44,046 nucleotides of DNA from positions 1-44,046 of the forward strand of contig JBGUKW010000076.1 of NCBI GenBank assembly GCA_045114665.1. The letters run 5' to 3'. A model generated the notes under the pieces. It was not told where the DNA came from and did not search any database. It saw nothing but the letters and a program-made list of their open reading frames with translations. The position numbers and the translations under genes are program-made. Below are positions 35,505 through 44,046 of the stretch, piece after piece (the stretch's first letter is position 1; each line of letters begins with the position of its first letter). This stretch comes from Candidatus Xenobia bacterium (GTDB taxonomy: Bacteria > Vulcanimicrobiota > CADAWZ01).

Positions 35505-35529
35505 CCACAAGTCAATTTTTGACTTGTGG
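35505..35529. other. Perfect 10-bp hairpin in the 314-nt fabG-acpP spacer (possible attenuator)
   Basis: CCACAAGTCA-atttt-TGACTTGTGG. The T-run is on the plus side only. Confidence 0.4.
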
Positions 35530-35622
35530 TTTTGTAAATTAATTTTTAGCTACAAAATTAAATATAATAGCTAAATTTGTAATTAAAAATTGCAATATAT
35601 TTGAAATAATATTTACTAGTTT

Positions 35623-36354
35623 TTACATGACCATTCCGCCATCGACATGTATAACTTGACCAGTTATATATGATGAATCTGGTCCTGCCAAAAATGAAAC
35701 ACAAGAAGCTATGTGTTCAGGAGTACCTAAATAGCCTAAAGGAATTTGACTATATAGTTTATTTTTAGCTTCATCAGAAAGCTGTTCTGTCATAGCTGTT
35801 TTTATAAATCCAGGAGCTATGGCATTTGCAGTTATTCCTCTTGAACCTAGTTCTTTGGCTATTGATTTTGTGAAACCAATGATTCCTGCTTTTGAAGCTG
35901 CGTAATTGCACTGACCTGCATTTCCCATTACTCCAACTACTGAAGCTATTGATATGATTCTTCCGCTTTTCTGTTTGAGCATTATTTTTGAGGTTGCTTT
36001 TGTGCAGTTGAAAACGCTCTTTAAGTTTATGCTTATTACTTTATCCCATTCGTCTTCTTTCATTCTGAGAAGTAAATTGTCTCTTGTTATTCCTGCATTA
36101 TTTACAAGTACATCAATTCTTCCAAAATCTTCATGTATCTTTTTTATCATGCCTTCTACATCGCTAAAAGATGATACATCTGCTTTGTATGTATTGCATT
36201 TTACACCGCATGCTTCGATTAATGCTTTTGATTCTTCCAAATCTTTTTCATTTAGATCATTTATAGCACAGTGAAAACCATCTTTTGCAAGACGAAGAGC
36301 AATTTCTCTTCCGATGCCTCTGCCTGCACCTGTTATTATTGCTACTTTTTCCAT
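35623..36354 (-). CDS. fabG: 3-oxoacyl-ACP reductase
   Basis: TGAGRGIG cofactor motif, NNAGI and YAASKAG. Confidence 0.93.
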   Translation of the reverse strand: MEKVAIITGAGRGIGREIALRLAKDGFHCAINDLNEKDLEESKALIEACGVKCNTYKADVSSFSDVEGMIKKIHEDFGRIDVLVNNAGITRDNLLLRMKEDEWDKVISINLKSVFNCTKATSKIMLKQKSGRIISIASVVGVMGNAGQCNYAASKAGIIGFTKSIAKELGSRGITANAIAPGFIKTAMTEQLSDEAKNKLYSQIPLGYLGTPEHIASCVSFLAGPDSSYITGQVIHVDGGMVM

Positions 36355-36375
36355 TATAATATCTCTCCAAATTTT

Positions 36376-37308
36376 CTAATTTTTCAATTCATTTATAACC
36401 TTTTCCAATGTTTCCATTGTCTCTACATTCATTGTTTTTAATGAAACATCTGTCTTTTTGATCATTCCACAAAGTGCTTTACCTGGTCCAGCTTCTATGA
36501 AAATTTCTGTTCCATGGTTAGCCATTGCTCTTATAGAATCTACCCAAAGAACACTTCCCAACATTTGAGCTTTTAAGGCTGAACGGAGTTCTTCGGGAAC
36601 TGTGGAAATTCTTGCATTTGAATTTGAAACAACTGGAATTTCAGGTTTTTTGAATTCTGCTTTGTCTATAAGCTCTGCAAATGTCTCTGCTGCATCTTTC
36701 ATCAATCTTGAATGGAATGCTGCCCCTACTTTTAATGGAACAACTCTTTTAGCACCATTGTCTTTCATTATTTCCATTGCTTTTTCCACGCCAGCTATTT
36801 CGCCAGATATTACAATCTGCTCAGGTGAATTGAAATTTGCAACTTCAACTATTCCTGCTTCAGAGGCTTCTTCACAATATTTCTTTACATCGTCGAATTT
36901 CATTCCCATTATTGCAGCCATTGTTCCTGGGGCTTTGATTCCTGCCTCATTCATGAGTCTTCCTCTTTCTCTGACAAGTTTTATACCATCTTCAAAAGAG
37001 ATTACTCCTGCAGTTGTGAGTGCTGCATATTCACCTATGCTATGTCCTGCTGTTATGTCTGGATTAATTCCGTTTTCTTTTAAAAGTTGACTTATTGCAA
37101 CAGACATAACATATATTGCAGGCTGTGTGTTTATTGTCTGCTTTAGGTCTTCTTCACTACCTCTGAAACACATTTCAGAAAGTGAAAAGCCAAGGATTTG
37201 ATCAGCTTTTTCATACAATTTTTTTACATTTTCTGAATGTTCATATAGGTCTAAACCCATTCCTGTCTTTTGGGCTCCTTGACCTGGAAATACAAATGCT
37301 ATTCTCAT
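36376..37308 (-). CDS. fabD: Malonyl CoA-ACP transacylase
   Basis: FPGQGAQ and GHSIGEY motifs. Confidence 0.93.
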   Translation of the reverse strand: MRIAFVFPGQGAQKTGMGLDLYEHSENVKKLYEKADQILGFSLSEMCFRGSEEDLKQTINTQPAIYVMSVAISQLLKENGINPDITAGHSIGEYAALTTAGVISFEDGIKLVRERGRLMNEAGIKAPGTMAAIMGMKFDDVKKYCEEASEAGIVEVANFNSPEQIVISGEIAGVEKAMEIMKDNGAKRVVPLKVGAAFHSRLMKDAAETFAELIDKAEFKKPEIPVVSNSNARISTVPEELRSALKAQMLGSVLWVDSIRAMANHGTEIFIEAGPGKALCGMIKKTDVSLKTMNVETMETLEKVINELKN

Positions 37309-37309
37309 A

Positions 37310-38311
37310 TTATTCTTTATGTCCCCATTTCAATATCATTGAACCCCAAGCAAGTCCTCCACCTATTGCTGTTAGAAGTATTGTATCTCCATCTTTTATT
37401 GTTCCATCTTCTATGGCTTCATTTAGAGCAAGGGGGAGTGAAGCACTTGAAGTGTTTCCATATTTTTGAAGATTTACTATTGTTTTCTCTTTTGGGATTC
37501 CTAATTTCTTTGCTGCAGAATCTATGATTCTGATATTTGCCTGATGTGGGATAAACCAATCTATGTCTTCTATCTTCATTCCAATTTCATTTATGGAAAT
37601 CAATGCAGATTCTGGCATTTTTGTAACAGCCTGTCTAAAAACTTCTCTTCCATCCATTTTTACTGAATGTAGTTTTTCTGCTACTGTTTTTTCTGAAGCA
37701 GGCATGGCCGATCCACCTGCCGGCATTTTTAGAGCTTCTCCAAAATTTCCGTCTGCTTCCATATGGAAATTTAATATTCCATGACCTTCTTTTCCTGGGC
37801 GGAGAACGGCGGCTCCTGCCCCATCACCAAATAGTACACAAGTTGAGCGGTCTTCCCAATTTACAATGCTTGATAATTTTTCACCTGCAACAACAAGAAT
37901 TGTATCCATTGTTCCAGAAGCTATAAATTGACTTCCTATTGAAAGGCCATATAAAAAACCAGAACATGCAGCTTCTATATCAAAAGCACCTGCATGTTTA
38001 ATTCCTAAATTTTTGCCAACAAGTACTGCTGATGATGGAAACATCATGTCTGGTGTTACTGTACAACCTATGATGAGCTGTATTTGAGAAATATCTATAT
38101 TAGCTTTTTTTATAGCAATTTCGGCAGCTTTTGTCATCATGTCTGATGTAGTCATGTCCTTCGATGCTATTCTACGCTCTTTTATGCCTGTTCTAGTGGT
38201 TATCCACTCGTCATTTGTTTCTACTATTTTTTCTAAATCAAAATTACTGAGAACTTTTTCAGGAGCATAAGCACCTATCCCAGCAATTTCAACTGCTCTT
38301 CCTTTAAACAT
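37310..38311 (-). CDS. fabH: 3-oxoacyl-ACP synthase III
   Basis: AACSGF (catalytic Cys), HQANIRI and GNTSSAS. Confidence 0.93.
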   Translation of the reverse strand: MFKGRAVEIAGIGAYAPEKVLSNFDLEKIVETNDEWITTRTGIKERRIASKDMTTSDMMTKAAEIAIKKANIDISQIQLIIGCTVTPDMMFPSSAVLVGKNLGIKHAGAFDIEAACSGFLYGLSIGSQFIASGTMDTILVVAGEKLSSIVNWEDRSTCVLFGDGAGAAVLRPGKEGHGILNFHMEADGNFGEALKMPAGGSAMPASEKTVAEKLHSVKMDGREVFRQAVTKMPESALISINEIGMKIEDIDWFIPHQANIRIIDSAAKKLGIPKEKTIVNLQKYGNTSSASLPLALNEAIEDGTIKDGDTILLTAIGGGLAWGSMILKWGHKE

Positions 38312-38418
38312 CTATATTTTTTACCTTTTTTTTAATTTACTTAGATAAAAATAAATTCTATGACATTATTCCATATTGGGAAATGCACATAGAATTCCGA
38401 ATTTAGTACAAAATTTTA

Positions 38419-38610
38419 TTAATTTTCCTGTGGTTCTTCTGATTTTAGAATAGTTTTGCCTCTATATTTTCCACAAGAGGGGCAGATGTGATGTGTAAGC
38501 ATAGGAGCTTTACAATTTGGACATGTCGTAAGTGAAGGCATTGTTAAATGAATATTTGCTCTTCTTCTTCTTGTTTTAGAATGTGATGTTTTATATTTGG
38601 GATTTGCCAT
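38419..38610 (-). CDS. rpmF: 50S ribosomal protein L32
   Basis: 63 aa, MANPKYKTSHSKTRRRR, with a CPNC...CPSCG zinc knuckle. Confidence 0.93.
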   Translation of the reverse strand: MANPKYKTSHSKTRRRRANIHLTMPSLTTCPNCKAPMLTHHICPSCGKYRGKTILKSEEPQEN

Positions 38611-38648
38611 TTTAAATATATCCTCTTTTCTGAATTTTTTCTAAAAAC

Positions 38649-39119
38649 TTAATCAGATTCTCCGCAAGAACATTCTTGGGTATTCCTATCACAACCGCAT
38701 GACATGCAAATGCCTTTACAGTCTGGCTTGCATATTGTTTTTAAAGGAATTGCCATTAAAATATTCTGTCTAAGGGCTTCAGTTAAGTCGATTTTTGTCC
38801 CTTTATATAAAAAATAGTCTTCATCTTTGGAAGGTTGTATTGTTTTGTTAGAAACATCTTCTGCTTGGTAAAAATGTTCATTTATATCGCATTCAACATT
38901 CAATTTGAATTCATTTAAACATCTAACACAAACAGCATCTGTTTGACCTTTTATTTTCCCTGTTACAAGGATACATCTTCCCGTATTTGTAAGTTCAAGA
39001 TCAGATTCAACAAATACATTTATATATCCATCATCTGTCTCTGTACCAATATTTCCCGAAAGATGAATTTCTTTTTTTAAACCTATTTGTTTTTTTAATT
39101 CTTTAATATCTTCAATCAT
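38649..39119 (-). CDS. DUF177 (YceD-like) protein
   Basis: Conserved position upstream of rpmF and a C-terminal Cys cluster. The internal ATG at 39119 is preferred, because the tracked N-terminal extension lies inside a duplicated promoter-like repeat. Confidence 0.8.
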   Translation of the reverse strand: MIEDIKELKKQIGLKKEIHLSGNIGTETDDGYINVFVESDLELTNTGRCILVTGKIKGQTDAVCVRCLNEFKLNVECDINEHFYQAEDVSNKTIQPSKDEDYFLYKGTKIDLTEALRQNILMAIPLKTICKPDCKGICMSCGCDRNTQECSCGESD

Positions 39120-39145
39120 TGAATTTTTTTTAAATATATAAATCT

Positions 39146-39258
39146 TACAGTCATTATATAATAACAAATGATTTTATAAAAATCAAGTCTTTAAATAATA
39201 AATGTTTTCTTTTTTTACAGTCATTATATAATAACAAAAGATTTAATAAAAATCAAGA
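39146..39258 (-). repeat. Two copies of a 43-nt block (39146-39188, 39216-39258); probable duplicated promoter
   Basis: TTACAGTCATTATATAATAACAAAWGATTTWATAAAAATCAAG, 40/43 identical. The minus strand reads TTGATT...TATAAT-like. Confidence 0.6.
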
Positions 39259-39402
39259 CATTTTTTGATAGTAGTAAAAATATTTTTTTATTTCAGATAA
39301 TTTTATCACTATTTGAAAAAACAAAATCTAAAGGAAAATTTTTCTATAAAAAAAATATATATATTGTTTTAAAAAAATACAGTGATTTAAATAAGAATAG
39401 CT

Positions 39403-41106
39403 ATGGAAAATATATCACTTTACAGAAAATGGCGTTCTCAGACATTTAACGATATTGTCAGCCAAGGACATATAACAAAAACACTTACAAATGTGATCAA
39501 AAATCCAAAATTACTTGCCCATGCTTATCTATTCTCAGGACCAAGAGGAACTGGAAAGACGAGTATGGCTCGTATTTTTGCAAAATCACTAAATTGTCTC
39601 AGCGAATCAGAAGATAAACCTTGTAATAAATGTTCTTGTTGTATAAATATAACAAAAGGCTCTTCAATGGATGTAACAGAAATAGATGCAGCTTCACATA
39701 CATCTGTTGAAATGGTTAGAGAATATATAATCAACAAGGTCAATTTTGCTCCTTCTGAGGGAAAATATAAAATTTACATAATAGATGAAGTTCATAAGTT
39801 GAGTAATTCATCTTTCAATGCTCTCTTAAAAACATTGGAAGAACCGCCAAGCCATGTTGTTTTCATATTGGCAACAACAAATGCGGAAGATATTCCTCCA
39901 ACAATAATTTCAAGATGTCAGAGGTTTGATTTTCACAGAATAACACATTCTGAAATAGTAAACAGGTTGAGATATATATGTGATAAAGAAAATTTTGCGG
40001 TTTCTGACAGTGCATTGAGCATAATAGCTTCAGTATCTTCAGGAGCATTGAGAGATGCTTTAGTATTACTTGAACAGGCAATATCTTTTTCAGATGGAAA
40101 AATAACGGCTTCTAATATTTCAGATTTATTGGGAATATCAGATTCTGAAATGTTATTTTCAATAAGTGAACTTGCCAAAAATGGAAAAGTACAAGAATTG
40201 ATGAAGTTAATAGATAAATTAATATCTGAAGGTAAGGATATATTACGCTTATCAAAAGATTTAACAGAACATTACAGAAAAATTTTGCTTACAAAAATAA
40301 TAAAAGATGCAAATAGTGTTTTGGATTTGCCAGATGACATTTTTGAACAATATCAAAAAATAGCAGAACATTATAGCGAAGAAAAAATAATCAGAACAAT
40401 AAAAATAGTATCCAATTTGATAATAGAGATAAAAGATAATCCTTGCAGGAGAGCTTTATTTGAAATAGCTATAATAAAAATAGCTTCAAATATCGAAACA
40501 GACCCTTTAGAATCTCTTGCTTCAAGAGTGAAAGCACTTGAAATTGCTCTTTCATCAAATAGGTCTTTGCCTTCTTCTAATATATATTCTGTTGAAAATA
40601 GAAAAGTTGATATTCCATTTGAAAATCAGGTAAAATCTGAAGAACCAAAAAGAGAACCGATTATAACTAAAACACAAGATGAAATTTTAAATTTAAGTCC
40701 TTCTGGTGAAAATGTCGATTTAAAACAGGAATGGAAAAAAATAATGGTGGCAATAAGAGCGGAAAAAATACCTCTTCATGCCATACTTGCTGATACAAAT
40801 GTAAAACCTATTTTTGTAAATTCAGATGAAATAAAATTTGTTTTGAAAAATGGATACGAATTTCACAAGACACAGATTGAAAAAAATATCCAGTTCATAA
40901 AAGATATCATCAAAAAGATAACTAATATAGATGCTAAAATAACTGTCGGATTCAATGTTCAAGATGTTAAAGAAGTAAAAGATATAAAATCAGAGAAAAA
41001 AGATGTAAAACAGGAAGAAAATAAACCTAAAGAAGATATGTTTATTGTCGAACATAGAGAAATTGTAAAAAAGGCTTTAGAGATATTTAATGGTAGGGTT
41101 ATATAA
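39403..41106 (+). CDS. dnaX: DNA polymerase III subunit gamma/tau
   Basis: GPRGTGKTS Walker A motif, zinc module CNKCSCC, IIDEVH and SRCQRF. Confidence 0.93.
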   Translation: MENISLYRKWRSQTFNDIVSQGHITKTLTNVIKNPKLLAHAYLFSGPRGTGKTSMARIFAKSLNCLSESEDKPCNKCSCCINITKGSSMDVTEIDAASHTSVEMVREYIINKVNFAPSEGKYKIYIIDEVHKLSNSSFNALLKTLEEPPSHVVFILATTNAEDIPPTIISRCQRFDFHRITHSEIVNRLRYICDKENFAVSDSALSIIASVSSGALRDALVLLEQAISFSDGKITASNISDLLGISDSEMLFSISELAKNGKVQELMKLIDKLISEGKDILRLSKDLTEHYRKILLTKIIKDANSVLDLPDDIFEQYQKIAEHYSEEKIIRTIKIVSNLIIEIKDNPCRRALFEIAIIKIASNIETDPLESLASRVKALEIALSSNRSLPSSNIYSVENRKVDIPFENQVKSEEPKREPIITKTQDEILNLSPSGENVDLKQEWKKIMVAIRAEKIPLHAILADTNVKPIFVNSDEIKFVLKNGYEFHKTQIEKNIQFIKDIIKKITNIDAKITVGFNVQDVKEVKDIKSEKKDVKQEENKPKEDMFIVEHREIVKKALEIFNGRVI

Positions 41107-41160
41107 CAATAATATTCTAAAAAACGCCCTTATATTTAAAGGGTGGGGAAGGATAAGATT

Positions 41161-41538
41161 ATGTCAAGACAATTTAGAAGACAAATACAAAAACAAAAAG
41201 CTCCAATAGGTGGAGCAGGAATGGGAAATATGGGAATGCCCAATATGAGTTCACAGATGGGCAACATAATGAAAATGCAGGAGATGATCCAAGAGGACTT
41301 GGGTTCAAAAACAGTTGAAGGTACATCTGGTGGAGAACTTGTAAAAGTAGAAATGAATGGCAGACAGGAATTGATAAGCATAAAAATAGATCCTTCAATC
41401 GTAAATCCAGAAGAAGTTGACATGCTTGAAGACCTTTTGACAGTAGCATTTAAAGATGCTATTGCCAAATCCCAAGAATTGGGAATGGAATCAATGAGCA
41501 AATTAACTGGCGGACTTAAAATTCCAGGTCTTTTTTAA
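41161..41538 (+). CDS. ybaB: YbaB/EbfC nucleoid-associated protein
   Basis: Conserved dnaX-ybaB-recR order. The motifs GGELVKVEMNGRQELISIKIDPS and LEDLLTVAFKDA are present. ATG at 41161 with an AAGGA RBS is preferred over the GTG at 41143. Confidence 0.88.
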   Translation: MSRQFRRQIQKQKAPIGGAGMGNMGMPNMSSQMGNIMKMQEMIQEDLGSKTVEGTSGGELVKVEMNGRQELISIKIDPSIVNPEEVDMLEDLLTVAFKDAIAKSQELGMESMSKLTGGLKIPGLF

Positions 41539-41548
41539 GGAATAGGAA

Positions 41549-42151
41549 ATGATAGAAAAAATTGCTGAACCTTTAGAAGATTTAATCATTGAATTGATGA
41601 AACTTCCTTCAATAGGTCCAAAATCAGCTCAAAGACTTGCATTCCATTTTGCAAATACAGACAAAAAAGATATAGATAAACTTTGCCATGCCCTAATTGG
41701 CATTAAAGAAAAACTTTTTAAATGCAGTATATGTGGAAATTTTTCCGAATCAAAAATTTGTAAAATCTGTTCCGACAAATCAAGAATAAATGATATTATA
41801 TGTGTTGTTGGAGATTTCAGAGATTTAATTGCAATAGAAAAATCTCATGCATATAAAGGAAAATATCACATATTAGGTGGGTTAATTTCACCTTCAGACG
41901 GGATTGGTCCAGAAAATCTAAACATAAACTCACTTGAAGATAGGATTAAAAACGGACAAATAAAAGAGTTAATAATTGCGACAAATCCAAATGTAAATGG
42001 TGAAACTACTGCACTTTATCTTGCTAAGATTATGTCTAAATATAAAATAAAAATGACAAGAATAGCATATGGATTGCCTGTTGGATATAACCTTGAATAT
42101 GCAGATGATATAACAATATCAAGAGCTATAATTGGCAGAAGAGAAATTTAA
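41549..42151 (+). CDS. recR: Recombination protein RecR
   Basis: LPSIGPKSAQRLAFH helix-hairpin-helix, a C4 zinc finger (CSICGN...CKIC) and a Toprim segment. Confidence 0.95.
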   Translation: MIEKIAEPLEDLIIELMKLPSIGPKSAQRLAFHFANTDKKDIDKLCHALIGIKEKLFKCSICGNFSESKICKICSDKSRINDIICVVGDFRDLIAIEKSHAYKGKYHILGGLISPSDGIGPENLNINSLEDRIKNGQIKELIIATNPNVNGETTALYLAKIMSKYKIKMTRIAYGLPVGYNLEYADDITISRAIIGRREI

Positions 42152-42172
42152 AAATAATATTATAAAAAACTA

Positions 42173-42201
42173 TTGCAATTTTTATTTATATTTGTTATAA
42201 T
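42173..42201 (+). promoter_or_regulatory. Sigma-70-type promoter for tRNA-Pro
   Basis: TTGCAA, a 17-nt spacer, then TATAAT with an upstream TGT. It lies 14 nt before the tRNA 5' end. Confidence 0.65.
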
Positions 42202-42214
42202 ACAAAAATGTAAA

Positions 42215-42290
42215 CGGGGTGTAGCTCAGCTTGGTTTAGAGCACTAGCATGGGGGGCTAGGGGTCGGAAGTTCGAATCTTCTCACTCCGA
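42215..42290 (+). tRNA. tRNA-Pro (anticodon GGG)
   Basis: Hand-folded cloverleaf: acceptor CGGGGTG/CACTCCG, D stem GCTC/GAGC, anticodon stem CTAGC/GCTAG with loop AUGGGGG (U33, GGG, G37), T arm GGAAG-TTCGAAT-CTTCT. No encoded CCA. Confidence 0.85.
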
Positions 42291-42295
42291 TAACA

Positions 42296-42332
42296 AAAAT
42301 CTCTGAATAAATTTGTTCAGAGATTTTTTTTT
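42296..42332 (+). terminator. Rho-independent terminator
   Basis: ATCTCTGAA-taaatttg-TTCAGAGAT stem followed by a T9 run. Confidence 0.85.
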
Positions 42333-42380
42333 GAATATTTGTCTGTTTTTATATAGTACATAAGTATAAGGAGGTAAAAA

Positions 42381-43076
42381 ATGGCAAAAAATGATAAAAA
42401 CAAGGGAGGGGGATTCTCCTTAGTATTTTTTCTAATTGTTTTATTAGGAGTTGGATATTTTTTATCACCTTATTGGACTGTAATTAAACTAGAAAAAGCT
42501 ATGAGAGAAGGGAATACAAAATATTTGAACGATCACATAAATTTTAAGAAAATGAGAAAATCTATAAAAAATGAGATAAAAACATTTTCTAAAGACATTA
42601 TGTCAAGTTCAAATAATAGCTTTGTAAATTTAGCAGGCAGTCTTTTTAGTGGAGCTATTGTTGACAATGCTATTGCACAGATTGAACCAGTGTTAAATGA
42701 AACAGTATCGGCAGAAGGTTTGGTAAGTATGGCAAAAAATGATAATTCTTCTTCTAAAACAACAAAAGAAGATAAATATGCTGTATTTACTTCTAAGGGA
42801 GTAAATTATATGAATCTTTTGAAAGCTGGAAAATTTAATGCCTATAATGAGTTTGAATATTTTATAAAATGTGAAAATGAAGAAGGCGATGGAGAGAGTG
42901 AAATCTGTAGTTTTATATGTAGATTCAAAAATTTTAAGTGGGTCTATACAGATATGAAGTTTAAAGATAATTGGGAAAAGTATTTCAAAAAAGAATTTAA
43001 TTTGGATATAAAAAATTCAAATGACAAAGATAGTGACAATAAAAAAAGTAACAATAATGATGAAGATGATGATTGA
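42381..43076 (+). CDS. Membrane-anchored protein, DUF2939-like
   Basis: 231 aa. AAGGAGG RBS, an N-terminal TM segment (FSLVFFLIVLLGVGYFL), then YWTVIKLEKAMREGNTKYLNDHINFKKMRKSIK as in DUF2939. Acidic/Asn-rich tail. Confidence 0.5.
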   Translation: MAKNDKNKGGGFSLVFFLIVLLGVGYFLSPYWTVIKLEKAMREGNTKYLNDHINFKKMRKSIKNEIKTFSKDIMSSSNNSFVNLAGSLFSGAIVDNAIAQIEPVLNETVSAEGLVSMAKNDNSSSKTTKEDKYAVFTSKGVNYMNLLKAGKFNAYNEFEYFIKCENEEGDGESEICSFICRFKNFKWVYTDMKFKDNWEKYFKKEFNLDIKNSNDKDSDNKKSNNNDEDDD

Positions 43077-43079
43077 TAA

Positions 43080-43135
43080 GTGAATCTATACTCGGCTAAA
43101 GATTGACCATCTTCTTGATTGGAAAGTGGCTGTTG
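43080..43135 (+). repeat. Copy 2 of the conserved 3'-flank element; its 3' end enters a 9-bp hairpin (43128-43136/43152-43160)
   Basis: See 26..86. It starts 3 nt after the stop of 42381..43076. Confidence 0.55.
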
Positions 43136-43202
43136 GTAAAAATTCAATTAGCCAACAGCCATTAAATTTATTATCGAACATAAAATACAAGGATTAAAAA
43201 AA

Positions 43203-43787
43203 ATGATTGAACAAGCAGATAATTTAACTAAAGCACAAAAAGAAGAACTTTTTAAGAGAATACAACAACTGCACAAAAATTTAATTGACAAAAGAATAAT
43301 TTTAGTTGATGGAATAATAAATAATTCGATAGGAAAACAGATAGAAGAAGTCATTGAGATACTTGAAAAAACAGGTGATACAGCTGACATGTACATAAAT
43401 TCACCAGGTGGATCTACACAGGCTTTTTTGAGTATTATTGACAAAATAAAATCAAGCAAACTAAAAATAAAAACAATATGTCTTGAACAAGCAGGAAATG
43501 GGGCAATGCTATTATTGGCTATTGGAACAGAGAGGACAGCACTTCCGTATTCAGAGATAACGACATTTAGTCCTCTTTGGGTCAAAGAAAATGAAAAAAC
43601 AAAGACAGAAGAGGGATTGATCGAAGCAGGTAAAGCTATAATCCAAACAAAAAACGAAATAGAAATTATATTTAAAGAAATCACAAAAGAGAAGGGAAAG
43701 CCAATATTGAAAGAGCTTTTCAATGCAAAAAAGATAACATCTGAAGATGCTATTAAATATGGAATAATAGATAAAATAACAGGATGA
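43203..43787 (+). CDS. ClpP-family protein lacking the Ser-His-Asp triad (ClpR-like)
   Basis: YINSPGGS and TICLEQAGNGAMLLLA align with ClpP YINSPGG and TICMGQAASMGAFLL. The Ser, His and Asp positions read Asn, Phe and Ala. Confidence 0.7.
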   Translation: MIEQADNLTKAQKEELFKRIQQLHKNLIDKRIILVDGIINNSIGKQIEEVIEILEKTGDTADMYINSPGGSTQAFLSIIDKIKSSKLKIKTICLEQAGNGAMLLLAIGTERTALPYSEITTFSPLWVKENEKTKTEEGLIEAGKAIIQTKNEIEIIFKEITKEKGKPILKELFNAKKITSEDAIKYGIIDKITG

Positions 43788-43797
43788 TAACAAAAAA

Positions 43798-43828
43798 GGG
43801 GCTATGAAATTCACAACCCCATTTTTTT
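43798..43828 (+). terminator. Rho-independent terminator
   Basis: GGGGCTATGAA-a-TTCACAACCCC imperfect stem followed by a T7 run. Confidence 0.7.
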
Positions 43829-43880
43829 ACCGAAATGCACCGTAATGCCCCTAAATTTATTTATGGGGATATAAGGTCCA

Positions 43881-43913
43881 TTTAAAATAAAGGTTCAATG
43901 CCTTTATTTTAAA
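43881..43913. other. Perfect 13-bp palindrome
   Basis: TTTAAAATAAAGG-ttcaatg-CCTTTATTTTAAA. Confidence 0.6.
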
Positions 43914-43943
43914 TAAAAAACTTGCATTATGTTTAATAAAAAC

Positions 43944-43972
43944 TTGACAAATAGTAATAAATAAAGTATTAT
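43944..43972 (+). promoter_or_regulatory. Sigma-70-type promoter facing out of the window
   Basis: TTGACA, a 17-nt spacer, then TATTAT. Confidence 0.55.
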
Positions 43973-44046
43973 TAAAAGCAAAATAAGAAAGAGAATAATA
44001 AATAAAGAATATGGTTGGGGCATCAACCATTGTGGAGAGAACTCGT

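Noticed and set aside
40993-41004. Programmed -1 frameshift site in dnaX (A-run GAGAAAAAAGAT)
   Set aside because: The A6 run is not in the A_AAA_AAG register, and it lies only about 35 codons before the normal stop. It could not produce a gamma-like truncated product.
44010-44046. Glycine-riboswitch-like GGAGAGA motif at the window edge
   Set aside because: Only a few nucleotides of a possible aptamer are visible. The rest lies outside the window, so no call can be supported.

Overview
This is an AT-rich (about 30% GC by eye) chromosomal segment that uses the standard bacterial genetic code; TAA, TAG and TGA all end well-supported genes. It probably comes from a diderm bacterium (a lipid-A-synthase-related gene and prepilin-type proteins are present), but I cannot place the lineage from the sequence alone.

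**Housekeeping content**
- Most of the window is core genes: rseP-ispG-sua5, a DUF47/PiT phosphate pair, a rhomboid protease, trkA-trkH, a U32 peptidase, rny, recA, yceD-rpmF-fabH-fabD-fabG-acpP, dnaX-ybaB-recR, tRNA-Pro(GGG), and a long-form nicotinate phosphoribosyltransferase.

**Non-routine content**
1. A family of about 230-380 bp MITE-like elements with nested inverted repeats occurs four times. Each copy lies in a same-strand gene junction, in the same orientation relative to transcription, and three of the four abut the upstream stop codon.
2. A membrane-anchored DUF6273-type gene is split inside a 15-bp tandem repeat by two in-frame TAA codons, while another frame stays fully open across the repeat.
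3. A cell-surface block at 22.5-31.3 kb holds two tandem paralogs (one a lipoprotein), a secreted protein with a clan-CD-like His/Cys dyad, and an orphan trio of prepilin-type minor pseudopilins including a 650-aa subunit.
4. An exact 13-mer, TTACAGCAATTTT, occurs five times, always in intergenic DNA. Four copies lie upstream of recA, next to an ~85-nt block that is also found upstream of an Rpn-family nuclease gene.
5. The Rpn-like gene has a Shine-Dalgarno-preceded internal start for a 68-aa C-terminal product.
6. A ClpP homolog appears to have lost all three catalytic residues.
7. A small secreted protein is rich in His and Cys.

No CRISPR array, rRNA gene, integrase or prophage is visible. 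All family calls rest on motifs recognised by eye and on memory of the families. No searches, alignments or RNA folds were run.
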